Below, piece by piece: positions 1 through 14,107 of a DNA stretch of 64,000 bases (positions are counted from its first letter, which is position 1; every line of letters starts with the position of its first letter). Source of the DNA: Psilocybe cubensis (lineage: Eukaryota). The DNA is taken from the NCBI GenBank assembly GCA_017499595.2, contig CM038999.1, forward strand, positions 3,844,001 to 3,908,000. The letters are read 5' to 3'. The position numbers and the translations under genes are program-made. The notes beneath the pieces were generated by a model, which was not told the DNA's origin, made no database searches, and saw only the letters and a program-made list of their open reading frames with translations.

Positions 1-1027
1 GCTTCGCAAACGGTTTGAGATTAGTGGCAAGGATGAAGTTATCTCAAAGTCTATTGGTCTACACGAGGAAGCTTTGAAGCTGTGCCCTGAGCCTTACATC
101 GAACGTGATGATTGTTTTAGTGGACTGGCATCAGCGCTCGCTAGGCGATACATGAAATTCGGCGAGCAATCCGATCTCAAGGCAGCTCTCAACTCTTACC
201 TTTCCGCCCTCGACCTTCTTTCATCTTCTCATCCCAAACGAGCTACGTTATTGTTCGGATTGGCAACGACTATTCGTATATTTTTGGAGAATGCAAAGCA
301 AGAAGAGAAGCTGGAAGGAGTAATACCCTATTACCGCGAAGCGCTTGAGCTACTCCCTTTAACTCATGTCGACCGAGCTGACTCCCTATTTGGGCTTGCC
401 GTGGCTTTGAAGACCTTACACGTTCAACGCTCACTGAATCCTCATAAATTCCACACAGTAGCAAACAAGAGTGAAACGATTTTAGACGATATTTTACCAC
501 TGTACAGTGAACCAAACTCGTCGGGAATTATGTCAAAGAATTGGTTGGACTACCTTCCTATTCCCAATATCTTCGGTTCCACAAACTTGAAAGCACCGTC
601 GATGTCGAGCAGAGCATCCCAACCAAATATGCGGGAGCGCGCTCAGATTGATTCACCACGTGAAAAGCCGCGAAGATCCAGTCATCCTTCCCACGGTGAT
701 TCACCTACCAGACTCTTGAGCATGGCAAATATCCATGCTCCAAAGCATCGCTTGTCTGCATCGTCGTTACAGTCGGATGCTGTGTCAGCAATATCTATGA
801 CACACGGGCAATACGAAGAGCTTGATGAAGCAATTAACCTGCTCAAAGAATCATTGCAACTGCGTCCTCCTACTCATCCAGCTCGAATTGAATCCTTGAG
901 ATGCATAGTGGATGCCTACACGATACGATTTGGAGCTGTAGGCCATCCCGATGTGGATTCATATCGCAGGGAGTTGAATGCGCTTGAATATGGTTTTAAA
1001 CATCCTACCCCCTCGGAAGCAATTTGA
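1..1027 (+). CDS. 3' end of a TPR-repeat protein, paralog of the downstream DUF2235-TPR genes (5' part lies outside the window)
   Basis: The frame is open from base 2 (LRKRFEISGKDEVISKSIGLHEEALKLCPEPYIERDDCFSGLASA) and aligns with LRKRFEINRQYVDLARAIELHEEALTLCPEPYIERDNCFSGLASA of the next gene. Both share the terminal repeat LDEAIxLLKExLxLRPxxHPARxESL. Confidence 0.85.
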   Translation, partial: LRKRFEISGKDEVISKSIGLHEEALKLCPEPYIERDDCFSGLASALARRYMKFGEQSDLKAALNSYLSALDLLSSSHPKRATLLFGLATTIRIFLENAKQEEKLEGVIPYYREALELLPLTHVDRADSLFGLAVALKTLHVQRSLNPHKFHTVANKSETILDDILPLYSEPNSSGIMSKNWLDYLPIPNIFGSTNLKAPSMSSRASQPNMRERAQIDSPREKPRRSSHPSHGDSPTRLLSMANIHAPKHRLSASSLQSDAVSAISMTHGQYEELDEAINLLKESLQLRPPTHPARIESLRCIVDAYTIRFGAVGHPDVDSYRRELNALEYGFKHPTPSEAI

Positions 1028-2610
1028 ATGGTTCCTAATCATGCTCCATGAGCGGTGTGTACTATGTATACCATATGGTATAGCATTTCAGCTTGGTTCC
1101 ATTCATGTCACATTTCCATCTTCCAATGGCCTATCCGAACCGTATATTATTAAAAATTTAGCTTAATTTTATTAAACCCCGAAACGAGCCATACTGCGTA
1201 CTTTGCTAATGTTTTAACATCATGCACCGCTCTCAGAGCAAGCGTATGATAGATCATACCAAGTATGTAATTCACTTTAATCGATTGTTGAGTTTGTGTC
1301 AAGTATTTGTCGCAGCAACAACTTGTGCCTTTCTCTTTAAATCCAAGGGTCTTTTCAGTGAGGCTGAAGGGAAGTCATTGGGCGTATACTTGTCGACGTC
1401 CTGACTACTTGGACTACACAAGCGAACTCAAATCTTTTTCTCAAAACATAACGAAATCTTTGTTGACTTCGTTGTCAGAAAAATATGCTCGCCAGTCTAA
1501 TAGATCGTAGCTAATTTATACAACAGGTCTACAATTGCACAAATCCAAAGCAAGCGGAAGCCGTTCTGATTCCTGAAGATGTTGTTGATTCAGAGCCTCT
1601 GCCGAGACATGGCATCAGCGGAGAGTTCCAGGAGATCATTCTTGTATGCCTTATAGACACATTAAGTGTTTCCTATGTTTATTGAAACGATTTTGTATTA
1701 AGAATACTAAGATATGTAGTGAAAACATTTGACTTTGGAGAAAGAGTGATCAAGAGTTCAAGCTTTGTGCTTATCGGGATGTCAAACTACAATTTTTGCC
1801 GCCTCGGCATTGCCTTAAAGTTATTCCCGCTTAGTGGCGTAAACTAGCGTAACCTATGCGTAACGCTGTGACAACGAGTTTTCGCAGACGACGACAATCG
1901 ACGAGAGTGCCAGACGAGAGTATCTTCACCGTCATAATCAGGGTCCACGACATAATTGACACAAGATTAGCACTCCACACACAACGTCGTTTGTACAAGC
2001 TTACTTGGACTCAATACTGCTTTCATCGGCTCGACGCAGCATCAATGCGACATGCAGTCGTTGCATGTCCTAGGGTCAAACATGTTGTATTTCATGGTTG
2101 CGACAAACTCTACAGATGACTCGGAGGAACCAATCTAACGCTTAGGCGCTGGCAGGCGCTTGTCTTTCGATCTATCATGGCGTCTGGTCTTCATACTGCC
2201 ATGTTGAAACCATGAAGTTTCACTGCGCACCAGGAGGATCAACTCAATTATGGTGATCCCTGTGATCACGCGAATCTCTTTCAGGTGTCAAGGATCTGAG
2301 AAACCAACGCTGTTGATCCCCGATGCCTTCATATTACGCGTAGCGATTTCTTCTCAAGCTCTCTTGAAGGCTGGAGTGGGTAGGAGCATGTGTTGGACGA
2401 TGGTCAACTTTTGTATATCTCCGGTTGGGATACTTATCGTGGTTTGCCTTTGGGGTTCCTTCTCTCCTGAACAAGGTGTATATTTTTAACAAGGTCGAGA
2501 ACATACCCTCGTTCCAACCTCATGTTCCAAGCCATTAACTCGTATGCGCTGGATTTTTATGTCTTTCAGACAACTATGTATTCTCTTTATATTCTCTCTT
2601 CCTTTGCTCA

Positions 2611-5600
2611 ATGATGGATGCACAAATGGCCGATACCGAGAAAGGCACCCAAAGCACCATTGGGAGTGGTCCCACTTCACCGAGCATCACCATCGACAAC
2701 AGCGCAAGTTCGGAAAACGAAAGCCACCTTGAAAGTCACCATATCCCATGTTTTTGCGTCCCACTTTCCAACCAACGTTTTGGGAGAAATCTGGTCGTAA
2801 CCATTGACGGAACAGCCAACCAGTTTGGACTCAAGGTGAGCATCGTTACTTGTGTAGGTAAACGTTTACTCACCTTGGCAAAGAATACAAATATCGTCGA
2901 ATTATATAGTCGTTTGGTCAAAGACGAAGGCCAACTTACCTACTACAATAGTGGAATTGGGACATACGTCCCCGATTCGGCATCGTGGGCTTCGTTCAGT
3001 CAGTTCATATCCCATCAGTGGGACAAGGCCTTTGCGTCGTACGAAAACCAACTTATAGTATAACAACAACAACACTTATGTCTTTCTGGTGCTAGAAATT
3101 TCAAAACAAGGGTTCTCAAAGCATATGCATGGCTTTCCGAAAACTACAAACAAGGGGATCGAATATTTTTATTTGGTAGGGTGCATATTTCGATTTAATT
3201 ATTATCTCGTTATTGATTTAGTTCTAGGCTTCTCTCGCGGTGCCTATCAGGTCAGGGTTATTGCTGGAATGATAGAGAAGGTGATTCTATTATTTCCAGC
3301 AAAAGTGTCAGCTAATCTGCTTGACGTACGCTAGGTGGGCCTCCTCCACAAGGGTAACACGGAACAAATTCCATTGTGATTATAGTTCTATGTGCCATCT
3401 TGAATCATATTAACTCAAATTCCCCACAGTGCATATGATCTTTACATCGCAACCTTGAAAAGGAAAATGCCGGGAGCACCTACAACGTCTATTTCAACTG
3501 AGCGACCTTATGAAAAGAGCGCGGCCAAAGGAAGACCAAAGGAGACTCCCGAGCACTTGTGCAGGCAATTTAAGAAGTCGCTTTCAAATGATAAAGTTGT
3601 TGTTCACTTTGTCGGCTCATGGTAAAATATGTTCTCTGACCGCTTCAAAGTGTAATCTCAACATTGCAACAGGGACACTGTGTCGTCAGTTGGCGCTTTG
3701 CGTTCCGAATGTTTACCAGAAACAACAACCGGGATGGAGCACGTCTGCGCCTTCCGTCATGCGCTTGCTCTTGACGAGTTGAGAGTGAAGTTTCTACCTG
3801 AATATGCAAACGGCGGTGCGGGTCCGCCAGATCGAGACTCCGAACCTGTCCAAAATGAGGCAAAGGAAACTGTTGTCCAACATGCTGAAAGGTCTACTAT
3901 GACAAAACGAGGCAACATAAAAGAAGTCTGGTTTGCTGGGTCCCATTCAGATGTGTAAGTACTGTTAAAACATAATCATTATTGTTTTTTTTTTGACAAT
4001 TTCTCAAAAGTGGTGGCGGAAATGATGACAATCCGGAGAACGACCAGTTTGGCCCTTCTTTGCGCTGGATGACATATGAAGCGATATTATGGGGGCTGCG
4101 TATGAAGCCCTTCCACAAGGAATGGGTGCCTCCAAAATCTCGATCATCGATGACCTTGGTGTGGACCATACTCGAAGGGCTTCCAATATCGCATCTTTCC
4201 TACAGAGACGCTAGCAGCGTGACACGACGGTAAAAATACGCCAATTTGGAAACATTATTTGAATAACTGATATTTTTTTGAATAAAACCAGGCCCCATTT
4301 GAAAAGCCCTCGTCTTATACAACCCGGGCAACTAATCCATGCGTCAGTTTTCGAATTGATGCACCAAGAGCCCGGGTATCGTCCCAAAGCTCAATTCTCA
4401 GACAAAACGAAGTGGGATTCAGCTTTATCAACCTACCTGGAAAGTACCCGTGATACGAAGACTTTGAAGGCCAATAATATCGAAAATGATCCCTATATCC
4501 AGCCAAGCAAAATATTGGACACCATTGCGAAGCGACGGCATAAAGTTAAAACCGCGGATTATGATCAACTTCTGAAGCTATCATTTACCGGTATGTTTGA
4601 CTTTTGCTGAAGTGCGACCAATGTTTGACTGCCAGAAATGATTTCGTAGACATTGGCTTAATGTCAATTCAAGAAACTTACAATGCAGAGCATATATTGG
4701 CTCGTGCTCTTGCAGACGAGTCGAAAGAAGAACCAGTATCGGAAGCAACATTCCGCCGCATTGCAACCATAGCGAAGATAATGGACAGATGTTTCGATAT
4801 CATTCCCGCCGAATTCCTTGAAAATTATTCGGAGCCGCCTGCATCAGCTTGGGAAATTCTCAATCAACTTTATCCCGAACACTCAAGTTCGAGATCCAAA
4901 TTTCTTCATCGGTTTGGTAAGAGTTACATCAACATATTAATTGGCCCTCACCTGATATTCTAATACAGCCAATAGAGACGCTCGGTTGAAACAAGTCGAG
5001 GAAGAGGTTGATACATACAGCCGTGCCTTGCAAGGCAAACCTCAACCAGCCAGACATGTCCGTCTGGAATATATCAAAAAACTAGTGGTGGGATTGCTGG
5101 ACTCCCTTGTACTGGCCAACCAACAGCCTACTAAACTTTCTGAGCACCTCCACACTTGTTTGCCCACCTACAAGCAGGCTCTTCGGTTTCTTGAACTGTC
5201 GTATTCCGATCGATCCGCTCTCATCAAAACTCTCGCCAAAGAGATTGATAGCAATTTTGCCTGTGGTGGAGAAGGTTTTCTAGACGAGCGGATAGCATTG
5301 TTCAAAAGCTCTTTTGAACTCATACCCACCGACAGTGCCAACCAAGAAGATCATCTACAGGACCTGTTGCCTGCTTTATATCAGCGATTTGAGGAAACTT
5401 CTCAGCATGAAGACATTGACGAAATTCTCTCGTACAATTCGGAGATCCAGGGTCTCCTTTCTGCATGGCAGCCCCATCCCGTCGCGAGTAATCTGGCAGC
5501 TACCTTGGCGTCTTCTTGTATGGTTCGATTCAAATTGACTAGTGAATTTCACTATATCGACGAAGCTCTTTCACATCTTCAAGGGAGCATACTCAACTGT

Positions 5601-7049
5601 CCTGCATCTGACCCCAATCGTGCGGACCTTTACGTCATACAGGGCGATTGGTGTCATCTTCGCTTCAAGGAAACTGGCCAGGTATCATACTTAGATCAAG
5701 CAGATCAGTCATATCATCGTGCTATTAGCATTCGCCGTGTTTATGAACAAAAGGATTCTTATCCAAAAACCAAAGAAGCAGCCATTCTTTGCGATCGCTT
5801 CAAGTTGACACGGCAAAGAAGTTTCCTCGACAATGCAATCAATTTCCATCGAAGCTCTTTGCCTCTCATTTCCACGCGGCCACACGAGCTAGCTTCAGCA
5901 TCCTTTGACTTTGCAGATGCACTTCTTACCCTCTTTGTTGAAACAGGCGAATTCTGCCACTTGAATGAGGCAATTGAACACTACGAAAGTGCCCTGATAT
6001 TCAATAAGAAACCTCGGTTCTCGAGGGCGAAATGTCTGAACGGACTAGGTGTTGCGCTTCGGAAACGGTTCGAGATCAATCGACAGTATGTTGACCTTGC
6101 CAGGGCCATTGAATTGCACGAAGAAGCTCTAACTCTGTGCCCTGAGCCATATATTGAACGGGATAATTGCTTCAGCGGGCTTGCATCAGCCTTTGCTACT
6201 CGTTACTCAAGTTCAAATCAAAGATCTGATTACAACAAAGCTGTCGAACAGTATCACAACGCACTATTGCTTCTTCCACCTTCACACCCTAGCAGAACAG
6301 TTTCTCTTGTTGGGTTAGCAACAATCCTCCAAAAACCCTACGAAACGACAAATCAACGAAACGTACTACAGCAAGCCACAACACTATTTCGAGATGCGCT
6401 TTTGTTGCTACCATCACATCACGTTGAACGAGCTGACGCATTGTTCGGACTTGCTGCCGTCCTAAGAAGCCAATTTGATTTGTGCTTCCAGGAATCTCTC
6501 CAAAATAATCCCAGAAATAGTACGAAACGCCATGATACCATTGATGATTCACCACCATCCTACACCGAACAACTCATGAATTCCTTTTCGTTTCAAGTGG
6601 CACTACAACACTATCGCGCTCCGTTAACACATAGAGGTCATGTCTTCAACACTGTTGGCCTTGCAAGCTCGTTCCAGAGTCTTAAGCTTAAAACTGCACC
6701 GTTATCCAAGGCCACTACTCTCGAGTCTTCACACTCCATTGACACACCGACTTCAAGCACCCCTCTGGCACTGGATAATCCATCACCAACTGGTACAATC
6801 AATGGCGCCGATGCGAATTATCAATCCATAACCGCAGACGCCTCTTTCGCTTTTCTTGATGAAGCAATAAAATTGCTCAAAGAAACTCTACCCCTGCGCC
6901 CTTTCCCTCATCCTGCTCGAGTCGAGTCTCTGAGTTTACTGGTGGATATCTTGGAGAGGAGATCAGGGAATACGGACCAAGCTGAACTGCTCGCATATCG
7001 GCATGAACTAGCCAACCTGAGGAAATCTGGAGAGTCAAGTGGTCTATAA
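2611..7049 (+). CDS. DUF2235 (T6SS Tle1-like alpha/beta-hydrolase) fused to a C-terminal TPR array; multi-exon
   Basis: Spliced motifs RNLVVTIDGTANQFG, TNIVELY, YYNSGIGTY, GFSRGAYQVR (nucleophile elbow), WDTVSSVG, FRHALALDELRVKF and EVWFAGSHSDVGGG. The last exon (about 4969-7049) encodes ~42-aa TPR-like repeats. Confidence 0.9.
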
Positions 7050-9280
7050 TCTTACTCAGTGAGATATGAAATTAACAAAGACTGGTAATTTACATGGTAG
7101 ATTTTGTGTATTTAATAATTATTACAGGAGCTTCGTACTTAATAAATGACATTTGTTAAGCGCCGAAACTTTGACGTTATGACTGTTAGCATTATCGACA
7201 TAGGTGAGATTTTACAGACCTTGTGGTCTGACATGTAAAACTTGTGCCTTGGCGTAGATACCATACTACTTTATAGGTCATGTAAACGATGTGGGGAGTT
7301 GAAGGGACTAACGTTTTCTGAGGTATACGCCGGAGCGTTTCTCTGTGGACTCCGGTGTTAATGTAGAGTGGACAGAGACACGGGAGAGTACACCCACAGC
7401 ATGGAAGTGCAATCTCCGCGATGCAGCCTCGTGTACTAATTATTTATTTTCAGAGTTTCCAGTGATATACCTTACTCACCTGTCGAACGCCTCCCGTGAT
7501 CTAACACAGAGCAAGTCGTCAATGTCTTCTATTCCAATTGAACTATTTTGGGTAGCCGAAGAAGGATACGACTGTCTCTCCTCGGTACATAAGTACGAGT
7601 GTGAGGCTGTATGAATGAGGGACCGAGACTCGAGTCGATCTAAGAAGATTACAGAATTAATTTCCGAAATCCATTTGATGTAATCTCAAATCCTGCATTA
7701 GTCCGACTGGCCTGCGTGGATCTTGACAGAGCGTTTGAGTATACATTACTACCCCGTGTAAGGGCATAGATCGAGATTCATGCTCCAGATATTATCTATA
7801 TTAATATTTGTCAATTGAATGTGGACGGACAGGAGCACTGGCGTCCTGGGGTAGCCTCGATGTCATACTGGCCACAATTCAACAAGATTAAGAACTTGAA
7901 TTTTGATTATAACGACTCACTTACCATCTTGTGCTGCATGTAGATACGTACTGATACAGAAATCCGACTGGTCCAAATCTCATGACTAGCCTCCACTGAC
8001 TAGCCTCTACTGCTCGTCGTCATGTACGGCAGGGCAGGCAACAGGTAAGACTAGTAGCCAGAGCTGCTGGTCGTCTTGACAGTAGAGGAAGGGAAAAGGG
8101 ATAGATGATCGGCCTATGAGGCTGCTCAATGGCGTGTATGGAGCCGCGGGGCAAGAATAAAAGGTATGGCCTGCTCGTCATCGGTCCTGAGTCAACAACG
8201 GACATACAATCATCAATGGCCAGTATACTTGCCTTAAAACCAGAAATGGAGTTCCGCACCGTTATTTGGACAGAGGTGTGGGACGAGCAGGGCATGACTT
8301 CTACTTGTTGTTGACATGAAATACGGGGTTCTTCATTGGTGCAAAAGGCGGGAAAAAAAGTTGGGACGGGAAGCTTCTTGGCTGCTGGGAGAGTGTGTGC
8401 GAGACGCCTTGTCGTTAGGTTGTATGACGGGGTCGGCGCGCAAGACGACCAGAGCGACTGCTTCTCGTCTTTGTGAACAGAGGGATGGGGTCGTGGCAGG
8501 CAGCGTCCCTCGGAGCGGTGCCGAGCCCCGCTTGAATTTCGAACGGCAATCACCGCGCGGTCGCCAACGGACCAAAAACAAGCAGCAGAAACGCAGTACT
8601 TGACACATATCACTGAGACTTCAACCACTGAAAACGAATGCGCCAGGCTACAAGTTGCAACAGAGTTTCCCAACAAATCAACAATATGTTATCGGCAAGC
8701 TTAGCTAGGTTCTCTGGAATGGCAACACTGGCAACCTGACGCAGGACTTCAGCAAATAACACGAGGAACGTCAATCGAGCTTGAAATATCGCCTAGCGTA
8801 CGCGTATCCACTAATCTGAGGGATCGGCAAGAATATAATTTCTCTTCTTCTTACAATCACTTTGGTTGCACATTCCTGCGTGGGTATTACGAGGTGGTAC
8901 CCCCGTCTCCTGTTTTTACCGGTTCTACGACCAGTTGAAAATCTCCAAAAGTGCGTCCTTCACACTATCCCATCTCTGCAGAAAAAATTAACTGATGTTC
9001 GGCTCCCAGCTCAATTTCTGCCTTGCATTCAATGTCGGTTCAATGCTTCTCCCAACGGTTATTCAATATCGGTTTCAAGTCAATCAATAAAAATAGAACT
9101 GCCATGCAGCATTTTGCCAATGTCCGGGTGAGGCAGAAAGCATGCAATAACCCTCGCCGCAAACTCGTGGATAATGTCGTCAAACAACATCAAATCTCGA
9201 TTCTTCTCTTTTGAATGTATCTAAAAGTTGCTGGATAGTCCGGGTCTGTAGGACAAGGACCATATTGCGACCTCTTTCGA

Positions 9281-12200
9281 ATGACGCCCTCAATCGACAG
9301 CGACGAGACTCAGATACAACCTACTGAAAATGCCCCGATATCATGCCTATGCAGCCCGCCTCCCAACGGTGGGGTTGGGAGGAACCTCATAGTGTCCATT
9401 GATGGTACCGCAAATCAGTTTGGCATGAAGGTATATCTATTCTTCTGCCAACTTAAAGTCTATCTCTGTAGCTCATATATGCAATTTGTTTCAAGAATAC
9501 CAACATCGTCGAGCTCTACAGTCGACTAGTAAGGGATGAGACGCAACTCACATACTACAACAGCGGCATTGGTACCTATGTGGTTGATTCTAAATCGTGG
9601 CTGTCCTTAAAAGCCTGGAATCAGTCCATTTCTCATAACTGGGACAAAGCCTTTGCCACGTTCGTATGTTTGTTCTTAGACAATAATTATTTAATCGTCT
9701 GGGCTATTCTAGCAACTTCAAATCAAAAGTCCTCGACGCATACGAATGGCTATCTGAGAACTACAGGCCGGGAGATAAAATCTTTTTATTTGGTACGCGT
9801 ATCCATGCATTTGAACAGAAAAGAGAATTACACTGATACTTGATGGCAGGTTTCTCTCGTGGCGCCTACCAAGTCCGAGTTATTGCAGGTATGATCGAGA
9901 AGGTCAATAGCTCGCTTGTCATATTTTTATATTTCTGCTAATATGTCAACGTCTCGCAGGTGGGGCTTATTCATAAAGGCAACAAGCAGCAAATTCCATT
10001 GTGATTGCTCCTTCATTCATTTACGTGACTCGCTAACTTACTCTGCAAATTTTCAGTGCTTATGACCTTTACACCGCAACTCTGTCCAAACGTAAACGCC
10101 AAGAAGTCTCTGAAGAAACTCCCCTCGGCACTTCAAAGCAGCCAAAAGAACCAAAGAGTTTGAATGTCGTCAATGCGGAACATGATCCACGGTCATCGCC
10201 TTACCTTCACGTAAACCGCCTAGATGAAGACATAGACCAGAACATCGAAAGCGGACGTCGATCCAGAGCCACCACCAATACTGATAAAGACAAAGTCTTA
10301 TCCGGTGAAAACATTGAAAGTAGCGCAGACGACGGTCCAGAGGCTTTATGTCAGCACTTCAAGAGGTCTCTGTCCAACAACAAAGTTCGTGTCCATTTCG
10401 TTGGTGCTTGGTAATGACCTTCATTTTCCTCCATGTATATATTGTACTGACCATTGTGTACTAGGGACACCGTGTCATCAGTTGGCATTTTGAGAGGAGA
10501 ATGTCTCCCAGAAACGACCTCTGGAATGACACACGTATGCGCGTTCCGACATGCACTCGCTCTCGATGAATTGAGAGTGAAGTTTCTGCCCGAGTATGCC
10601 AACGGCGGGTCGGGTCCTCTGATGAACGACTTTCAACAACCTGATCCACTCCTTTTGCCTTCTTGGGAACTCTTCGGTCTCAAGATTGCAGGCCTTGTAT
10701 TTGCACGACCACATGCAAGAGTCAATCCAACCACAGATACCCAAAGGGCAAAGGGTGGCAATGTCAAAGAGGTGTGGTTTGCCGGTTCACATTCTGATAT
10801 GTAAGTACGTTCCCATCTTCGTCTTTCTTGATTTTCATATCTTATTCTTTTCTAGTGGAGGGGGAAACGTGAAAAATCTAAAACTCAATCAATTCGGCCC
10901 TTCTCTTCGATGGATGACATACGAAGCTCTTACTTGGGGCCTCAAAATGAACCCATTCGACCAGAAATGGGCACCGCTCTCTCCGAAATCATCTATGAAC
11001 TGGAAGTGGAATATTCTTGAAAACCTTCCCATTCTACGGCTTTCTTATCAGAACTCTAATGCCGTTACACGAAGGTAAATATCGTTCTTCGCAGTGTACC
11101 TTTTACAAACTCAATGTGATTCCACACCATTACAGACCTCATCGTCAAAGCCCGCGTTTGATTTTACCGGGCCAATTAATCCACGAATCCGTCTATGAAC
11201 TCATTAAATCGACTTCTAACGCTCAGCCACCGTCAAAGCCATACCTTCCGATGGCCTTACTTCCAGGTGGCAAAAAGTGGGCATCGGGTCAGGCACCAGA
11301 AGACAATATCATCGAGAAAGACCCATACCTCCAACCTGATCGCATCTTGGAAGCGATCAAGGAGAAGCGACACACCCCGGCAGATTTTGATGTCCTACTC
11401 ACTTTGTCATCGACTGGTGAGCATCATTTTTTACGATACCTGAACAACGTATTAAAATACATGATAGCGATCGGCCAAAGGTCTATCCGAGAGCGCCCTG
11501 AAGCTGAAGAAACTTTGGCCTCTGTTCTTGCGTCTCAAACTTCCAATGACAAGGACGAAAAGGACATAATACATACGATATCAAGAATTTTAGATCGGTG
11601 CTTCAATATGATTCCTGTGGAATTCATCTCGGAAAGCAAAAATCCATATTCACTCCAGTCATCGGTCTGGGAAACGTTGGACAAGCTATACCCAGAGGGA
11701 TCATCTAGTCGGTCTAAGTTTCTACATCGCTTTGGTAAATATTTTGACTTTTAATGTAATGTTTTCCGTTCTAATTAACAAAACTGTAGCCAACCAATCA
11801 ACCAGACTGGCCATAGTCAAACAAACCATTAGTTTACATATGGCGGCTTTAGAGGCCAGTCCTCAACCACCAAGGCATATTCAAATCGCATCCATCAAGG
11901 AATTGGTCCTCAGCTTTCTAAACCTACTCGTCCTTACGATACCGGATGGCGCCGAAGCATCCCACAGGCAATGGCTATACAGCCTGTACAAAGAAGGTCT
12001 TCGATTCGACAATATATCGTATAAGAAGCGATTTTCTCTTATCGAATGCCTGGCAGGCGAGATTCAGGACCGATTTGAAATGGGTCAAGACAACTATCTT
12101 AACGAGAGAGTGTTGCTATTCAAACGTATCTTCGACCTCAGACCTCCGGATCAGGGCAGGCAGGAGGATTACCTTCTTGGTTTGCTTCCTACGTTGTATC

Positions 12201-13810
12201 AACGTTTTGAAGCAACGTCCAGGCTGGAAGACATCGATGAGATTGTATCGTTCAACCCAGATATTCTTCGACTCCTCTCCGATCCAGACCATTATCCTGC
12301 AGTTGGTACCCTGGTTGCCGTTCTAGCGTTATCTTATCTTGCATTGTTCAAAACCACAGGCGACCTACATCACATCGACGAGGCAGCTATGCTCCTCAAG
12401 GAAAGTATATCCAATTGTGGTCACACAGATTCGAATTTGCCGTATCTTCTTGATCTGCATGGATATTCTTTCCATCTTCGATTCCAACAAACTGGTCATC
12501 ACATTTATCTCGACAAAGCAGACAATGCCTATCGTAGTGCTCTCGAAATACGCCATACATTGGAACCTCAAGGAACTTATCCTTCTATTGAGTTGGCAGC
12601 GGTACTATGCGACCGATATAAACTTTCTCGGCACCAGAAATTTCTAGACGATGCCATTCAGTATTGCCGTGACTCTCTTGCACTCTGTTCCTCGCGTCCC
12701 AGACAACGCGATGGACCCGCCTTTATTTTAGCAGAAGCATTGATGGCTCGCTATAAAGTTTTAGGAAAACCTCAAGATCTGGAAGATGCAATTTCATTGT
12801 ATCAGGAAGCTCTTGATCTCAATCCACCGCCTTATTTTCGCAGGGCTATATGCCTCAATGCGCTGGGTGGTGCCCTCACCGCACGTTTCCATTTAAAACA
12901 GCAACAAAAGGATGTCGAGAGGGCGGTTGTATTGCATCGCGAGGCTCTGGCACAATGTCTTTCTCGCTACTTCAAACGAGATAGCTGTCTTAGCGGACTG
13001 GCAGCTGCGTTGACGGGCCATTTCATAATTTCTGGCGAGAAGTCTGATTTAGAGGAAGCAATTTCTCATTATCAAAATGCCCTAGACCTTCTCCCGTCCC
13101 ACCATTTTATGCGGTCAGAATACCTCTTCGGTTTGGCGAATACCCATTTCTCTCTGTTCAAGGCGACAAAGCAAACTGATAGGCTCAATGAGGCGATCAC
13201 ACTCTATAGGGGTGCACTAAAGGATCTTCCTCCTTCGCATATTGACCGAGCAGACCTCCTCTATGATCTTGCAATTGCTCTGCAAAATTACGACGGTGTA
13301 TATCTTTCGGCAACTCATAGTGATTCAACGCATAAGGCTCAAAGAGGAAGATCTTCAATTTACGGTGATGAAGTCATTTTATTGCTCAAAGAATCGCTTC
13401 AACTCCGCCGTTTGTCTCATCATGGACGTGCCAATACTCTTAGACATCTGATTTCAGCTCTTTTATCAAAGTCCGGGGGAAAGAATATCAGAGAGATACT
13501 CTCGTATTGGGACGAGCTGACGATTCGTCACCCTCTCCTCTTCCCAACCTCACATCTTGAACGTCGAGAGCTTGATATGCTGATTTCGTTGCTCAAACTT
13601 GACCTCGAGAAATCTCCTGCACACCATGAACGACTGAAACTTCTCCGGTCTCTCTGGTGTGCGTTCCTCTTTCGATTTGGGAAAAGCAGCTCCCAAGAAG
13701 ACCTCGTTGAGGCATTCATGTATCATAAGGAGCTGATTCGCCTACAGCCCCCCATGGTCCCACTCATCCCGGACCCAATCTCAGCCAACATTATTCCAAA
13801 TCTTCTTTGA
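9281..13810 (+). CDS. Second complete DUF2235 alpha/beta-hydrolase-TPR gene; multi-exon
   Basis: Same motifs (IDGTANQFG, GFSRGAYQVR, WDTVSSVG, HALALDELRVKF, WFAGSHSD) and matching intron positions as 2611-7049. Large terminal TPR exon at about 11790-13810. Confidence 0.9.
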
Positions 13811-14107
13811 CTTCAGGTAAAAGAACTTCCTGGCCCGCACAGAATGGACTGATAGTTGTCAATGATTTTTTCTTGTAATTTATTTGTGCTCATATACATA
13901 ATTTATTGCAATCAATGGCCAACATTGGCTATCGAGTGTGAGGCCCATTATTTTAGTAACCCATTATTGTAAGCGTTTGCCGAGAGCAACAATGATTTCA
14001 AACGGGCACAATGTAAATTCAGAGATGGTTAAGACAGGATGGTTGCACACATGATGATAATGCTACTTGAGATGACTTATGCAAAAGAGAAAAAAGAAAG
14101 ATCCATC

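Noticed and set aside
8020..8676. 218-aa minus-strand ORF and overlapping short ORFs between the DUF2235 genes
   Set aside because: No recognisable motif, non-ATG start and no convincing splice pattern; it could be a decayed element but I cannot support that.
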